Shown piece after piece: positions 18,784 to 28,980 of a stretch of DNA of 64,000 nt. Source of the stretch: a virus; the IMG/VR virus record IMGVR_UViG_3300031576_000035, positions 3,504-67,503 of that record; one strand, 5' to 3'. A program made the position numbers and the translations under genes. How positions within the stretch are numbered: position 1 is the stretch's first letter; every line of letters starts with the position of its first letter. Below the pieces are notes generated by a model. The model made no database searches, had not been told where the DNA came from, and saw only the letters and a list, made by a program, of their open reading frames with translations.

Positions 18784-18966
18784 TTATCTCTGTTCCGTGG
18801 CCTCGACGAACTGGAGTAGCGTGCCGCAGTTGCAAATGATCCGGCCAGGATCCGTCAGGCCGAACGTGTAGCCACACCGGGGACAGCGACCCACCCAGAT
18901 GTCGAAGCCGCCTTGCTGGCGCTTCTCGGCGGCAACCCTCATCGCTTCTGGCTTGTCGTCGCTCAT
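18784..18966 (-). CDS. small zinc-ribbon protein
   Basis: CPRCG...CNCG. Confidence 0.5.
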   Translation of the reverse strand: MSDDKPEAMRVAAEKRQQGGFDIWVGRCPRCGYTFGLTDPGRIICNCGTLLQFVEATEQR

Positions 18967-18969
18967 CGG

Positions 18970-19404
18970 TTACTCCGTGCGCCCGCTCCATACCTCGATA
19001 TCCAAGGTCGCCATCCACACGTCCAGGCCGTCCTTGACTGCCGGATCCTGCTGGAGTTTCCCCTGACCGGACGAGATCAAGGCAACCAGTGGCGCCCCGG
19101 ATGGCAAAGGCATCTCGACCCCATCGCGATAGAGCGCTTGTACCGACACAGCTGCCGCGACCACCTGCGCCTTGGTGCCGCGTAGGGTGATCACCACCTT
19201 GCGAAAATCCAGCCAACCGCCACCCGTCGAGCGCACCGGCGGCCGCAACTGCTCGCAGGACAGGTGCGCGTACGGCATCACTTGCGGACTCTTGAGACGT
19301 CCCGCTTCAGGCGGGCCATCGACGAGCACTGGCAGTTCGGCGTGATCCGTGGCCCAGAGTGCTTTCACCGCTGCCAGCACGTCATCATCTACGACCGTAC
19401 TCAT
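18970..19404 (-). CDS. putative tail terminator / completion protein
   Basis: 144 aa with PYA motif, upstream of the tail tube. Confidence 0.6.
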   Translation of the reverse strand: MSTVVDDDVLAAVKALWATDHAELPVLVDGPPEAGRLKSPQVMPYAHLSCEQLRPPVRSTGGGWLDFRKVVITLRGTKAQVVAAAVSVQALYRDGVEMPLPSGAPLVALISSGQGKLQQDPAVKDGLDVWMATLDIEVWSGRTE

Positions 19405-20249
19405 ACCTGTACTTTAGCGTCTACCATGAACAACGCAAGCGTGCGCGGGAATCGCACATCCAGCATGTCGCGAACAGCCTTTGCGTAACTCCGAATTTCC
19501 CATTGGGAGTCCAGGGCGCAACGCAACCCCAAAAAGTGCAGCCAGTTCCACAGGTTCGCGGATGCGCGCATACGCGAATACCTGCCTACGGGGAGATGGA
19601 TACGTGCCAACTCCTTGGGGACGCCATCAGCTAACACGCGCTCGTAGAACATCTGCTGATTGTGATACATCTGGGAGAGGAGTATGCGGTAGCCGATTGC
19701 AGCCTGCTCCGTCAGCACAGCGGCACCCTTGACTGTTCCAGCCTGCCTGTTCTCGCTGTCACCGGCCAGCATCAGGCGTTCAACAGTGGGGATGTAGTTG
19801 AAATCAGGAAGTGTAGTATAACGGGATGACATCTCCGAATACGATTGCGTCCTGCTCCGCATCCACTCACGCAACACGAAGATCGGCGCCTGAACCTCGA
19901 AGGTCGCGCCGGCATGTTCGAATGGCGATGTGTGCCGATGCTCCCACAGGTAGCGGAGGAGCTTCTCGTCACCAGGCTTGGAGCGCTCGACACTTGGTTC
20001 TCCCCACTCATGTTCTACGGCACCTGCTCCCAGGTAGCCGGCACAACACTCCCACTTACCAGTGGGTTCGTCTTCTGTCACCATGCACTTTCGGCACTGG
20101 CGAACCTTTGTGACAATCGGCCCCCATCCCTGAAACCCCTTGCTCGTGGACATCCTGGCAGCCTCAACGATCCCCTCGTCTGAACCCCAGGACTCCACCA
20201 ACTCGAGGTAGCCGTGATCCAGGATAGTGATTCTCGACGACTCGCTCAT
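19401..20249 (-). CDS. thyX: flavin-dependent thymidylate synthase
   Basis: ILDHGYLEL, IVEAARMS, HTSPFEH, APIFVLREW, SYSEMSSRY, ELARIHLP, LR....SQWEIR. Confidence 0.9.
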   Translation of the reverse strand: MSESSRITILDHGYLELVESWGSDEGIVEAARMSTSKGFQGWGPIVTKVRQCRKCMVTEDEPTGKWECCAGYLGAGAVEHEWGEPSVERSKPGDEKLLRYLWEHRHTSPFEHAGATFEVQAPIFVLREWMRSRTQSYSEMSSRYTTLPDFNYIPTVERLMLAGDSENRQAGTVKGAAVLTEQAAIGYRILLSQMYHNQQMFYERVLADGVPKELARIHLPVGRYSRMRASANLWNWLHFLGLRCALDSQWEIRSYAKAVRDMLDVRFPRTLALFMVDAKVQV

Positions 20250-20635
20250 GACACCCTCGATGCCTCAATCAGCGCCTGCAACTGCGGCCGGAGTGACTCC
20301 AGCGTGTCCAGCAACCCCTTGCGGCGTTTGCGCACTTCCAGGATCACCATGTACCGCGCTGGCTCCAGGAACCCTACCGTGACGCTACCTTTCCTTCCCA
20401 CGGCCTCCGGCGTGTCCGGGTCGTAGATCAGCGAGCCCTGGCCGAACCCGGTCCTCTTCCTGGGATACTCACCATCGCGTGACGACTCCAGGTACGGCCG
20501 TGGATTGGAGACGCCAACGCGCAGTTTGTGCTGCGTCTGAAAGAAGATGGCGGCACGCAGCAACATCTGACCCACGGCTTTTTCCAGGGCTGCCTGCGCC
20601 GCGTCGCCGTGGTCATTCTTCTTGCTCCGCATCAT
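20246..20635 (-). CDS. putative neck / HK97 gp10-like protein
   Basis: SRDGEYPRKRTG...YMVILE motif and position. Confidence 0.55.
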   Translation of the reverse strand: MMRSKKNDHGDAAQAALEKAVGQMLLRAAIFFQTQHKLRVGVSNPRPYLESSRDGEYPRKRTGFGQGSLIYDPDTPEAVGRKGSVTVGFLEPARYMVILEVRKRRKGLLDTLESLRPQLQALIEASRVS

Positions 20636-21079
20636 GAGCAGACACCTTGGTGGCAATGTCCACGATTTTCACACCGACAACCCGTCTGGTCTCGAATCCA
20701 ATGACAATGATGATCTCCGGGGTAAGTTGCTTGTCCCACCCCGGTTCATCGTCCCAGTACACCTTGAGCATGTCCCCAAAGCGGCTGTACTGCGCGCAAG
20801 GCGTGAACGGCTTGCGCGGTGCCTTCAAGTCATCAGGTAGTTTCAGTTTCAGTTCCATGTCATTACCTATCAGTCCGCGCTAACCATTTGCCTGACACGA
20901 GGCAGCCGCTTGATCGGCCATTTCGCGTCACGGCCCCAGAACCTGTCCACGTCCAGCCAACCGCGCTGCCAGTAGCGCGCCAGGATGTAGTCCTTGTACG
21001 GATTGCTCGCCAGCGTGAACCCAGCGAGTCGGGCCGCACTGCCGATATTGAACGCTTGCTCCCGCGTCAGGGCTTCCAT
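20613..21079 (-). CDS. two small hypothetical genes (20613-20858, 20870-21079)
   Basis: Short coupled ORFs; the second has an RMF-like W..GW pattern. Confidence 0.45.
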
Positions 21080-21783
21080 GCGGCCTCCACGACGGGCAAC
21101 TCCGTGATCAAGTGCGCGTTGCGATAGCCCGTAATGTCCAAGATGCGATCGTCTTCCAGGACGATACGGTCCTCGGCAACGTCCAGATCCAACTCGCGAT
21201 CGACGACGACCGTGAAGTTGTACTGCGTTCCCCGGATACCGCGTTCCTCGACAATCGACTCGTTTTGCAACTGTACTCTGGCAGGCAAGTTGGCGTACAG
21301 CACCTTGCCGCCATCCGGCGGGAACAGTTTCGCTGGCACGCCGGCCGCATCGTAAACGCGCGTCGCTCGCTCTATCGTGATCTTGTCGCGCAGAGCATGT
21401 GCCAGGACGAGATCGCGCGTCGTCAGGCGCCACGTCTGTTTCCACTTGCCCCAGAATACTTCGAGAACCGTCCAGCGATTGCCTTGACCGTCAATGACCA
21501 CGTCGGCCGGCTTCGGCGTCAACCCCTGCGTCATCACCTGCTGTGGCAACAGCCAGATCAGATCCTGCCCCGTGTACACGCCCCCCGAGGCCAGCAACTC
21601 GCGATTGGTGAGCGCCCGCCGCTTGGCCGTTGGCACAACGCCGATCTCATGACGCCGATCCCTGGTCCTCGACGGATCGGCGCCCAACGGAACGATCGTG
21701 CGCCGTGTCGATTCCAGAATTACCGCCTCTGGGTTATCCCAAATTCTGAAATCATCGCTCATGTCGATGATGACGGCTGGCAT
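21067..21783 (-). CDS. putative head-closure / head-tail adaptor
   Basis: C-terminal half LRDKITIERAT...LPARVQ...DRIV...ILDITG resembles the head-closure fold. Confidence 0.6.
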   Translation of the reverse strand: MPAVIIDMSDDFRIWDNPEAVILESTRRTIVPLGADPSRTRDRRHEIGVVPTAKRRALTNRELLASGGVYTGQDLIWLLPQQVMTQGLTPKPADVVIDGQGNRWTVLEVFWGKWKQTWRLTTRDLVLAHALRDKITIERATRVYDAAGVPAKLFPPDGGKVLYANLPARVQLQNESIVEERGIRGTQYNFTVVVDRELDLDVAEDRIVLEDDRILDITGYRNAHLITELPVVEAAWKP

Positions 21784-22912
21784 CAAAGGACCTCCACTAC
21801 CGTTGCCTGGACTTGCATACCGCAGAGGCTGCACTTGCCGATCGCGGAATTCGGATCGTCGCAGGGAGGAAACTTGTACAGAGGCGACGTACCGTCCAGG
21901 AGTCCGGCCCAGCCGTCAACCCATTCGCGAGGCATGCCCTCGACGGTGATCGACTGGAGATGGCCTGCGAAGCAGACGATATCGACGCGGAATTTCAGGC
22001 TCTCATCTCTCTCAGCCATTGGAGAAACTCCAGTTCGCCTTCTGGTGGCTCAATGCCGCGATTCTTCAGTTCCTGGCGCAAGGTAGCATACGCCGCCTTG
22101 CGCTGCTCCTCCACTTCGGCTGGCGTCATCTCGAAGCCCTGATCGTGTAAAACGCGCGTCACCTTTTTGGTGAACCATTCGGGGATGTCCGCCATCATTG
22201 ACCCTCCAGAATTTTCCTGGCGCGCTCGGCAATCGGCGCAAACGCGCCAGCCGCTCGTGTCACTGAGGCGTAGTCGCCCCAGGCTTCATGCGATCCCCAG
22301 AAGCGGAGGATATCCTTGCACAGATCAACCGCCGCACCACATTCGACACACGGTTTCTCCAGTGCTTCCCCGTGCTGGCACAGCCCGGCGTCGAATAGGC
22401 TGACGCGATAGGCCTGGTACGCCGCCTCCGCGCACTCGATGCACAGCGACAGCACGACCACACCGCCTGCTTTCGGAATCTCGACGTAGATGTTGTCATT
22501 GCCGCCCAGAACGAACGAGGCCTGGCAACACTGACAGTGGGCCGTGTCTTCGCTGATGGCGTCGTCGAGGTCTTCCTGGGATACGTAGTCCTCATTCATC
22601 CAACAGCCCCTGTTCTTTAAGCCAGTCGCTCATGGGCCCAAGTGAGAGCCAGGTGAATGGTGGCTCTCTGTCACTGCGCAGATATCCCTGACGCACTAGA
22701 GTCTTGATTCGCTCTGGATGATCAGAAACCTCAGTTAGCCGCAACCGCAGACGCAGATCCCCAGTTGCCAGCCGTGTCCCTGGCGGCACTGCCGCCAGGA
22801 TTTTGAGCACAGCCAGTTGCAGTTTTGTGGGGACACGGCGCCCATCTATCACTTTTCGCGGGATCGCCTTGACGGCGGAAACCAGATAATCGGTACTGCA
22901 ACTCAGCATCAT
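21783..22912 (-). CDS. four small hypothetical genes (21783-22019, 21995-22198, 22195-22599, 22592-22912)
   Basis: Coupled ORFs, two Cys-rich and one winged-HTH-like. Confidence 0.45.
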
Positions 22913-23760
22913 CGCTCCGTAAATCCTGCCGCATGTGGATGGCCACCGCCGCCCTTCAGTTCCTTGGCCAGTTGCGCCACGTTCACCCCAGTAGCCTCCG
23001 AACGCAGCGACCATACCCTGGCTCCATCGGCGCGAATGAAAAAGGTGGCGCCGAACGGCCGTCCTTCAGCCAGCTTGCCGGCGATTTCCGAGATCATCAC
23101 TGTGGCATTCGTGGCCAGCACTTTGTAACCGCACACTACGTGCTCGCCCGCCCTGGCAACGGCCTCATCGACCAGTTGCTGCTGGGAGCGGAGAATAGCG
23201 CCGCCCTCCGCAATAGCAAATCGCACCTGTTCGCGGAAGATGCGAGTGTCGATTTCTCCCCACTGCGCCCATGCGTCCCAGCGAGCGAAATCAAACGGCC
23301 ACGATCGGATGAATGCGCTGATTTCGCGCGAGCGCGGCAACCGCCAGCGCCAGAGATCTCGGTCTTCAGTGTAGTCTACCAGCCAAGGAGATTTTACACC
23401 GGGAAAGAAGAATTCCCACGCCAGGCGGGCACCGCTCTTGGAGGTATCAAAGCCGATATAGATGCGACCCGAACCGTCCCACCAGTCCGCTGCAGAGCAA
23501 CTCGGAAAAGACAAATCAGGTATCGCCGATTCGTGGTGATCAAGGACGCAGACGCTGTGCGCCAGTCCGATCACCTGCTGCATCTGCTCGCGTTTTAAAC
23601 TAAAATCGAGCAAGTACACCGTGCGCCCCGCAACATCCGGCGTGGCATCACCATGCTGGACCGGCACGCATTCGGCATCCGGGAAACGCCGCCTGGCAAC
23701 CCAGGCTGCACAGAATCCGTCAGAACATGCCGCGTGATATAGCACAAGAGGAGGACTCAT
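22909..23760 (-). CDS. DHH/DHHA1 phosphoesterase
   Basis: YHAACSDG, LDFS, VLDHH, EDRDLW, SLRS, GGGHPHAAGF. Confidence 0.9.
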   Translation of the reverse strand: MSPPLVLYHAACSDGFCAAWVARRRFPDAECVPVQHGDATPDVAGRTVYLLDFSLKREQMQQVIGLAHSVCVLDHHESAIPDLSFPSCSAADWWDGSGRIYIGFDTSKSGARLAWEFFFPGVKSPWLVDYTEDRDLWRWRLPRSREISAFIRSWPFDFARWDAWAQWGEIDTRIFREQVRFAIAEGGAILRSQQQLVDEAVARAGEHVVCGYKVLATNATVMISEIAGKLAEGRPFGATFFIRADGARVWSLRSEATGVNVAQLAKELKGGGGHPHAAGFTER

Positions 23761-23766
23761 AAACTC

Positions 23767-24207
23767 TCAAACCCATGTCGGGATATTGGTGATCTCAAAA
23801 GCCACGACAAACGGCTGCCCGCTCGCGGGAGTGAACTCCACGTCCACCTGATAGGTGTACGGCGTCACCTCGTAGGGAGAGGCCGTGTCCACGGCGAACG
23901 CCGCGAACAACGTCGCCGCCAGGGTCGCGCGGAAGTTGTAACCCCAGCGTGCATCCGTGCCAGGATTGTCCACGTCGTCAACCTGCCAGGTGGCGTCCTG
24001 CTGCTGGAGGTCGTTGTACACCACGTCGTTCACCGTTAGCGTCCCCGTAGCCGTGGTCGTTGCCGTGTTCTTGAGACGAACGCTGTAGGCAATGCTGGTA
24101 ATCGATACCTTGGTGATCGGCTCACCATTGTAGCCGAGCACGCGCGCCATCAGCGTCACACCGCTCTGCGCCGTCACCACGCCGCGAATCAGCCCCAGTG
24201 TCCGCAT
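23767..24207 (-). CDS. putative virion beta-sandwich protein
   Basis: Thr/Val-rich, GYNFR...YQVDVEFTP. Confidence 0.5.
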   Translation of the reverse strand: MRTLGLIRGVVTAQSGVTLMARVLGYNGEPITKVSITSIAYSVRLKNTATTTATGTLTVNDVVYNDLQQQDATWQVDDVDNPGTDARWGYNFRATLAATLFAAFAVDTASPYEVTPYTYQVDVEFTPASGQPFVVAFEITNIPTWV

Positions 24208-24437
24208 TATGCATCCGCTTTCGGTACCATCACCTGCACCAGAGGCAACGGTTGAAACTCGCCGCACCATTCGCGGCAATGCGTCAGCGGCCAGTCAGCC
24301 TGCAATCGGTCATCGGAGACGGTATAGAATTTCGGCAGTGGCGCATGCCGGCGGCATTCGCCAAAAGGTTCGTCTGGATCCGAGGTTGGATCCAGTTTCC
24401 AGAATCGGCACTTTTCACATATATATCTGCTGTCCAC
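24207..24437 (-). CDS. small Cys-rich protein
   Basis: CEKCRFW...GECRRHAP...WP.T....WCGEF. Confidence 0.55.
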   Translation of the reverse strand: MDSRYICEKCRFWKLDPTSDPDEPFGECRRHAPLPKFYTVSDDRLQADWPLTHCREWCGEFQPLPLVQVMVPKADA

Positions 24438-24439
24438 GG

Positions 24440-26806
24440 TTACTCTCCCACGACGGCGCCAGCCACGGCGCCCGCCGTCTCGATGTCGCCGCCAGCCGTC
24501 CAGTACGGCCCCAGTACCGCAATCACGCCCGCCGCGCGAGCATTCGGCATCGTCCAGGCCGTTCGCTCGTACAACCTTCGTGGTACTATACCTGTTGGTA
24601 CCAGGATCAGCAATGGGAACACATCGGGATTTGGTTCGAGCGGCGCCGATTCCATGCCTGGCGTCAGGTGCCAGAGCGATGCCGGCAACATTGCCGGCAC
24701 GCCCCACGAGGCCAGCATCACCTCTGGCCCGTCCGCTCCGAACCACGGCGTCGCGAATTCACCCTGCTGTCCTGGCCGCACCGGCCGGAAGGAGTGTGTT
24801 CCGGGCGTTTGTCCCGGCACCAACCAGGCCAGCAGGGAAGCTTCGTCCACGAGGGCCAGTTCCGGACGCTCCTCGTGATATTCAGGACGCGGTACCCGCC
24901 ACGCTCTCCATGACGGCGTCTGCCAGGCCACCTGCCACTTTTGCACATCGGGATTGTCCAGAATGAATAGCGCTGGCAGATCATGTTCAGGCCGATCCAG
25001 CCGCCGCCGTGGCAGATTGCGCGGTTGCTCGAGCGGCACCAGCCACGGCATGAGCACCTGTTGTCCAGGATCGAGCCACGCTCCCGACTCGCCCAGTCCA
25101 GGCACCAGGCGATACAAGCGGCGCGGAATCACCGACTCGGTCGCTCGCGGGAACAACGCCTGTGCCGCGTCGGCCATCACCTCCGGCATGGGGTAATGAT
25201 CGGCGAAGGCGCCGAGCGGCGCCCGCTGTCGCGCCCGCCAGGCGCCGCTCGGCGTTTCGATGACGCAGCGCCAGCCCAGATCATTGGCCTCGCCGCCAAC
25301 CAGGGGTGGCGGCGGCATGAACTGCGCCGGCTGCGGATAACGCGCACGCGCCCGTGGCAAATACGGCGCGTCCGGCAACAGCGGCTCGAACCGCGTATCC
25401 CACTGAAGCAACACTTCGATGATCACAGGCCGCGCGACGGAGCGCAATGGCCGTGAGGGGAAGACAGTGTCCGGCAACCAGAAGGCCGTCAGATCCAGAC
25501 GTGGCGGTATCACCGCGCCCAGATCCACCACGGAGTCAACACGCGGCTGGCGCCGGAACCTGTCGGCTTGCTGCGTCTGGAGAGCGATCATCTCCAACGC
25601 CGGATCGAAGAACGGCGCCGGCACGCGCGGGCAAGCGTCGTGCAGCGGTACGCGCCGATGCAAGAGCGCTCGCGCGGGCAGCACGAACTCGTGGACATGG
25701 GAGGGGAGAAGGATGGCCGGTTTCTCTTCTTCACTCGGCACCGGATCGCTTTGTGGCGCATACACCTGCGCCCGCCGTCGCCAGGCTGATGACGGCACCA
25801 CTGGATCACCAGGACGCAGCAGGCTGGCATCGAAGGGGCTCGGCAGGTTCAACGCTGCTTCCGGAGTCGGATCGATGTAGGCGGCCCGATTGAACGACCG
25901 CGCCGCGGGGAAACGCGGCATGTGCGTATCCAGCACCAATCGCTCTGGTTCGTCGAGATAATCGATTGCCCCAGTTGGCGTCGGATCGATGTAAGCGGCA
26001 CGGCTAACCGATCGCGCCACGGGGAAACGCGGCAAAGGCGGCGTCTCGACCACCAGCCGCTCTGGTGCAAATGGGTAAGCAATTGCCCCCGTTGGCGTCG
26101 GATCTGAATAGGCTGGTTCATGGCGCCGGTCGATGCGAATGACGCGATCGGCTCGCGACGGTAGCCAGCGCAGTTGTGCCGGGTCGTAGACATCGGCCGG
26201 TGTCAGGGCGATCAGGTGCGCGATTGCTGTCCCGGATGTCCCAGCGGTCGCTGTGCGTGATCCGGTCGGCGTCGTGAGGCCATAATTCTCATCGGCAGCC
26301 TCGATCGTTGTTAGTGAGCCAAAACCGTGATGGTCTTGGCGTTCGGTCATGGCGGCATCAGGCGTAATCGTCGTGTTGCCGGATGTGCCAAAAAAGCCGA
26401 CGAGCCAACAGCCTGTCACGGACGGCGTTATCTGATCCGCCATTATCAGCGACGACGTATCGATGCTTTCGCTGTACGTATTGATCGGATTTGTCTGATC
26501 AACGCCGCTGTAACCGGATAGGACAATGCTGAGCGACGTAACGCCGGGCGTCCAACTCCAGGTGAAATCCGTCTCGCCGGCGTAGACGTACTTGAAGATC
26601 CATTGCCCCTCAACTGAATCAATCAGAGTCCAGCCCGAAGGTGGTGATACCGACACCCCCGTGGGATCGAAGAGGCGCAGGCATGCCAGGAGCACGTCAC
26701 CGGTTACGAGACCGCCACCACTGACATCGACGTTAATCGCGGTCCAAGGGGGAGGCCCCGGTGTGGGAATGCCCGAGACAAAACTGTTGCGATATGCGAT
26801 GGCCAA
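24440..26806 (-). CDS. large virion-associated protein (beta domain plus Pro/Arg-rich repeats)
   Basis: N-terminal GDVLLA..PPSGWT..YSGVD domain; about 40-aa repeats AY(S/I)DPTP. Confidence 0.6.
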   Translation of the reverse strand: MAIAYRNSFVSGIPTPGPPPWTAINVDVSGGGLVTGDVLLACLRLFDPTGVSVSPPSGWTLIDSVEGQWIFKYVYAGETDFTWSWTPGVTSLSIVLSGYSGVDQTNPINTYSESIDTSSLIMADQITPSVTGCWLVGFFGTSGNTTITPDAAMTERQDHHGFGSLTTIEAADENYGLTTPTGSRTATAGTSGTAIAHLIALTPADVYDPAQLRWLPSRADRVIRIDRRHEPAYSDPTPTGAIAYPFAPERLVVETPPLPRFPVARSVSRAAYIDPTPTGAIDYLDEPERLVLDTHMPRFPAARSFNRAAYIDPTPEAALNLPSPFDASLLRPGDPVVPSSAWRRRAQVYAPQSDPVPSEEEKPAILLPSHVHEFVLPARALLHRRVPLHDACPRVPAPFFDPALEMIALQTQQADRFRRQPRVDSVVDLGAVIPPRLDLTAFWLPDTVFPSRPLRSVARPVIIEVLLQWDTRFEPLLPDAPYLPRARARYPQPAQFMPPPPLVGGEANDLGWRCVIETPSGAWRARQRAPLGAFADHYPMPEVMADAAQALFPRATESVIPRRLYRLVPGLGESGAWLDPGQQVLMPWLVPLEQPRNLPRRRLDRPEHDLPALFILDNPDVQKWQVAWQTPSWRAWRVPRPEYHEERPELALVDEASLLAWLVPGQTPGTHSFRPVRPGQQGEFATPWFGADGPEVMLASWGVPAMLPASLWHLTPGMESAPLEPNPDVFPLLILVPTGIVPRRLYERTAWTMPNARAAGVIAVLGPYWTAGGDIETAGAVAGAVVGE

Positions 26807-26825
26807 ACGTCATCCCCCCCCGGTG

Positions 26826-26939
26826 TCAACCTCTCCCCAAAAGGATACCACCCGGAGAGGCTGGGACAGAAGCCCGGATTGGCCGGCGCGTGCGCGCCAC
26901 GGCGAACGGCATGCCCGCTTCCATGTTCTCGATCATCTG
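26826..26939 (-). pseudogene. orphaned duplicate 3' end of gene 27536-27889
   Basis: Translates QMIENMEAGMPFAVARTRRPIRASVP, aligning with QMIQNLENGMSYEEARRHRNIIVSVP. Confidence 0.65.
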
Positions 26940-26985
26940 TTTCCTTTGTAGGACAAGTTTACTAGATTGACACAAGGAGGTTCCC

Positions 26986-27606
26986 ATGAGTTCAAAACTA
27001 GACGATCTTACTGGTCAGGTTTTTGGATACCTGACTGTCAAATCCTTCTCTGGACGTAAGCGTAAAGTAAGCTTTTGGCAATGTCAATGCTCGTGCGGCA
27101 ATGTCTGCGAGGTGCGCAGCGGCAATTTGAAGAATGGCCACACAAACAGTTGCGGCTGTTTTAAATCGGCAATCAACACTACTCATGGAGGATCTCGATT
27201 GTGCGAATACAGAATCTGGAACCTCATGCGACAACGCTGTTCCAACAAGAACCTCAAAACCTTCAAGCACTACGGTGGCCGAGGCATCACGGTTTGCGAG
27301 CGTTGGCGCAATTCTTTCGACGCTTTTCTCGATGACATGGGGCGAAGGCCATCGGAGAAACACTCGATTGACCGCATCGACAATAATGGAAACTATGAGC
27401 CTGGCAATTGTCGATGGACGACTCAACGACAGCAATCGAGGAACAAACGAACCAACCGAAAAATTCTGTTTAACGGATTACTTTTGTCAGTAATCGAGTG
27501 GTGCGAAATTACTGGAGTAAGCAAAAACTGTCTTCTTACTCGCTTGAATCGAGGATGGTCGGTTGAACAGGCTTTGACAAAATCAGTCCAGGCACGGAAA
27601 CGATAA
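26986..27606 (+). mobile_element. free-standing HNH homing endonuclease
   Basis: DLTGQVFGYLTV, CQCSCG, SCGC, YGGRGITVCERW, SIDRIDNNGNYEPGNCRW; AT-richer and antisense to the operon; AAGGAGG RBS. Confidence 0.9.
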
Positions 27607-27889
27607 TATTTCGATGGCGTCTAGCCTCCTCATAGGACATGCCATTTTCGAGATTCTGAATCATCTGGAGCATCGGCACGCACTCATCACACGCCTGGTT
27701 GCCGCAGGTGACGCCGTTGCAACGCATACACCAGCCGCGCACACGGCCCGAGCCTTTCACCCAGAGCCAGACACGCCCGCAGTGACAACAGGAAACCGTG
27801 TCCTGCTGCTGTACGCGGTCGTTGTCTATCGGCATCGAGATCAGGATACCGCTGCGCTGGCTCGAAGGGACTGTGAGTCGATCAGGCAT
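27536..27889 (-). CDS. Cys-rich zinc-binding protein
   Basis: CCHCG...CMRCNGVTCG..ACDEC. Confidence 0.6.
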   Translation of the reverse strand: MPDRLTVPSSQRSGILISMPIDNDRVQQQDTVSCCHCGRVWLWVKGSGRVRGWCMRCNGVTCGNQACDECVPMLQMIQNLENGMSYEEARRHRNIIVSVPGLILSKPVQPTILDSSE

Positions 27890-28127
27890 CCGTGCCTCGT
27901 CGTGTTCATAGAGGTGGACAAGACTCAACAGTCTCGGCCACCCTGCTCCGCGCCTGGCAATGCTCCCAGAGAATACCAGCCAGGAAACTGTTCCAGTACG
28001 GGCGCCAAAGCGACTCCGTGTCAACCCAGCGATGACGTCGAGACTGAATTCCGTTAACGTAAATCCACTCGGTAAATGCCGACCAGGCGGGATGCTTGAA
28101 GCATTCGTTGAGAGTCATCGCACGTCA

Positions 28128-28940
28128 TCACAGGAGCATGTTCGAGGTCATCTCGGTTTCCGTCAAGTGCGCCGGCGCAACGCCCAGACGTATCAATCGT
28201 GCCAGGATGCGCGGCCGGTACTTGGCCACACAGTCACGGCATGCATGGTAGGCGCCGGTCTCGACCGCTGGCGGCGCCGTGCTCACCAGCTTTTTCGTCG
28301 CCTCCATTGCCAGCACGGACGCGCGGCGGAACACGAAATCAGCCTGCGCAATGACAGCATCACGTTCCGCTCTTGGTCCCAAACAGATTACTTCGTAATT
28401 GTTCTCAGCCAACGCCACTGTCTGCTCGTAGGCCGCTCGCAAGTTCGCTTCTCGCTCGGCATACTCGACTGGCGTGCTGGCCCTCGTCAATGCTCTCAAG
28501 AGGCCAGCTTCCAGGTCCGCCCTGGCCTGGGTGACCGCACTGGCGCGATCGATCAGGGGTTGACTCGTCTTGTAATCGAATACCTCACGCGACCTCTTCA
28601 CAACCGCAGCGTGCGCTTGCCGCGCTTCCGCCGTGGCCTCCAGGTACGCCGCCCACAAGGTATCGCTGACATCTTCGGACGCAAGACGAAGCCCCTGCGG
28701 TGAGTCATCCTCGTACAGAGCCAGGCGGCACAAGCCGCAGATAGGCAGGTCGCCGTCACCCACGACACCCCTGGGTAGACGCTCGCCCACGGGATAGGTG
28801 CGCGGCAGCGGCGGTTCGAGGCCGTAAACGCGAGCCACGCAGGCAGGACAGGCCAGGCAGTTGCCGACTTCAGGGAGGCTCGTCAGCTTATACTGCTCAT
28901 CCTGCCGTGCGCCACACCCGCATCCTGGACACACCCGCAT
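28128..28940 (-). CDS. Cys-rich hypothetical protein
   Basis: Several CxxC pairs flanking a helical core. Confidence 0.55.
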   Translation of the reverse strand: MRVCPGCGCGARQDEQYKLTSLPEVGNCLACPACVARVYGLEPPLPRTYPVGERLPRGVVGDGDLPICGLCRLALYEDDSPQGLRLASEDVSDTLWAAYLEATAEARQAHAAVVKRSREVFDYKTSQPLIDRASAVTQARADLEAGLLRALTRASTPVEYAEREANLRAAYEQTVALAENNYEVICLGPRAERDAVIAQADFVFRRASVLAMEATKKLVSTAPPAVETGAYHACRDCVAKYRPRILARLIRLGVAPAHLTETEMTSNMLL

Positions 28941-28980
28941 GAGACAACCTGTCAGAAAGAGACAATAGAGATACTCTTCA

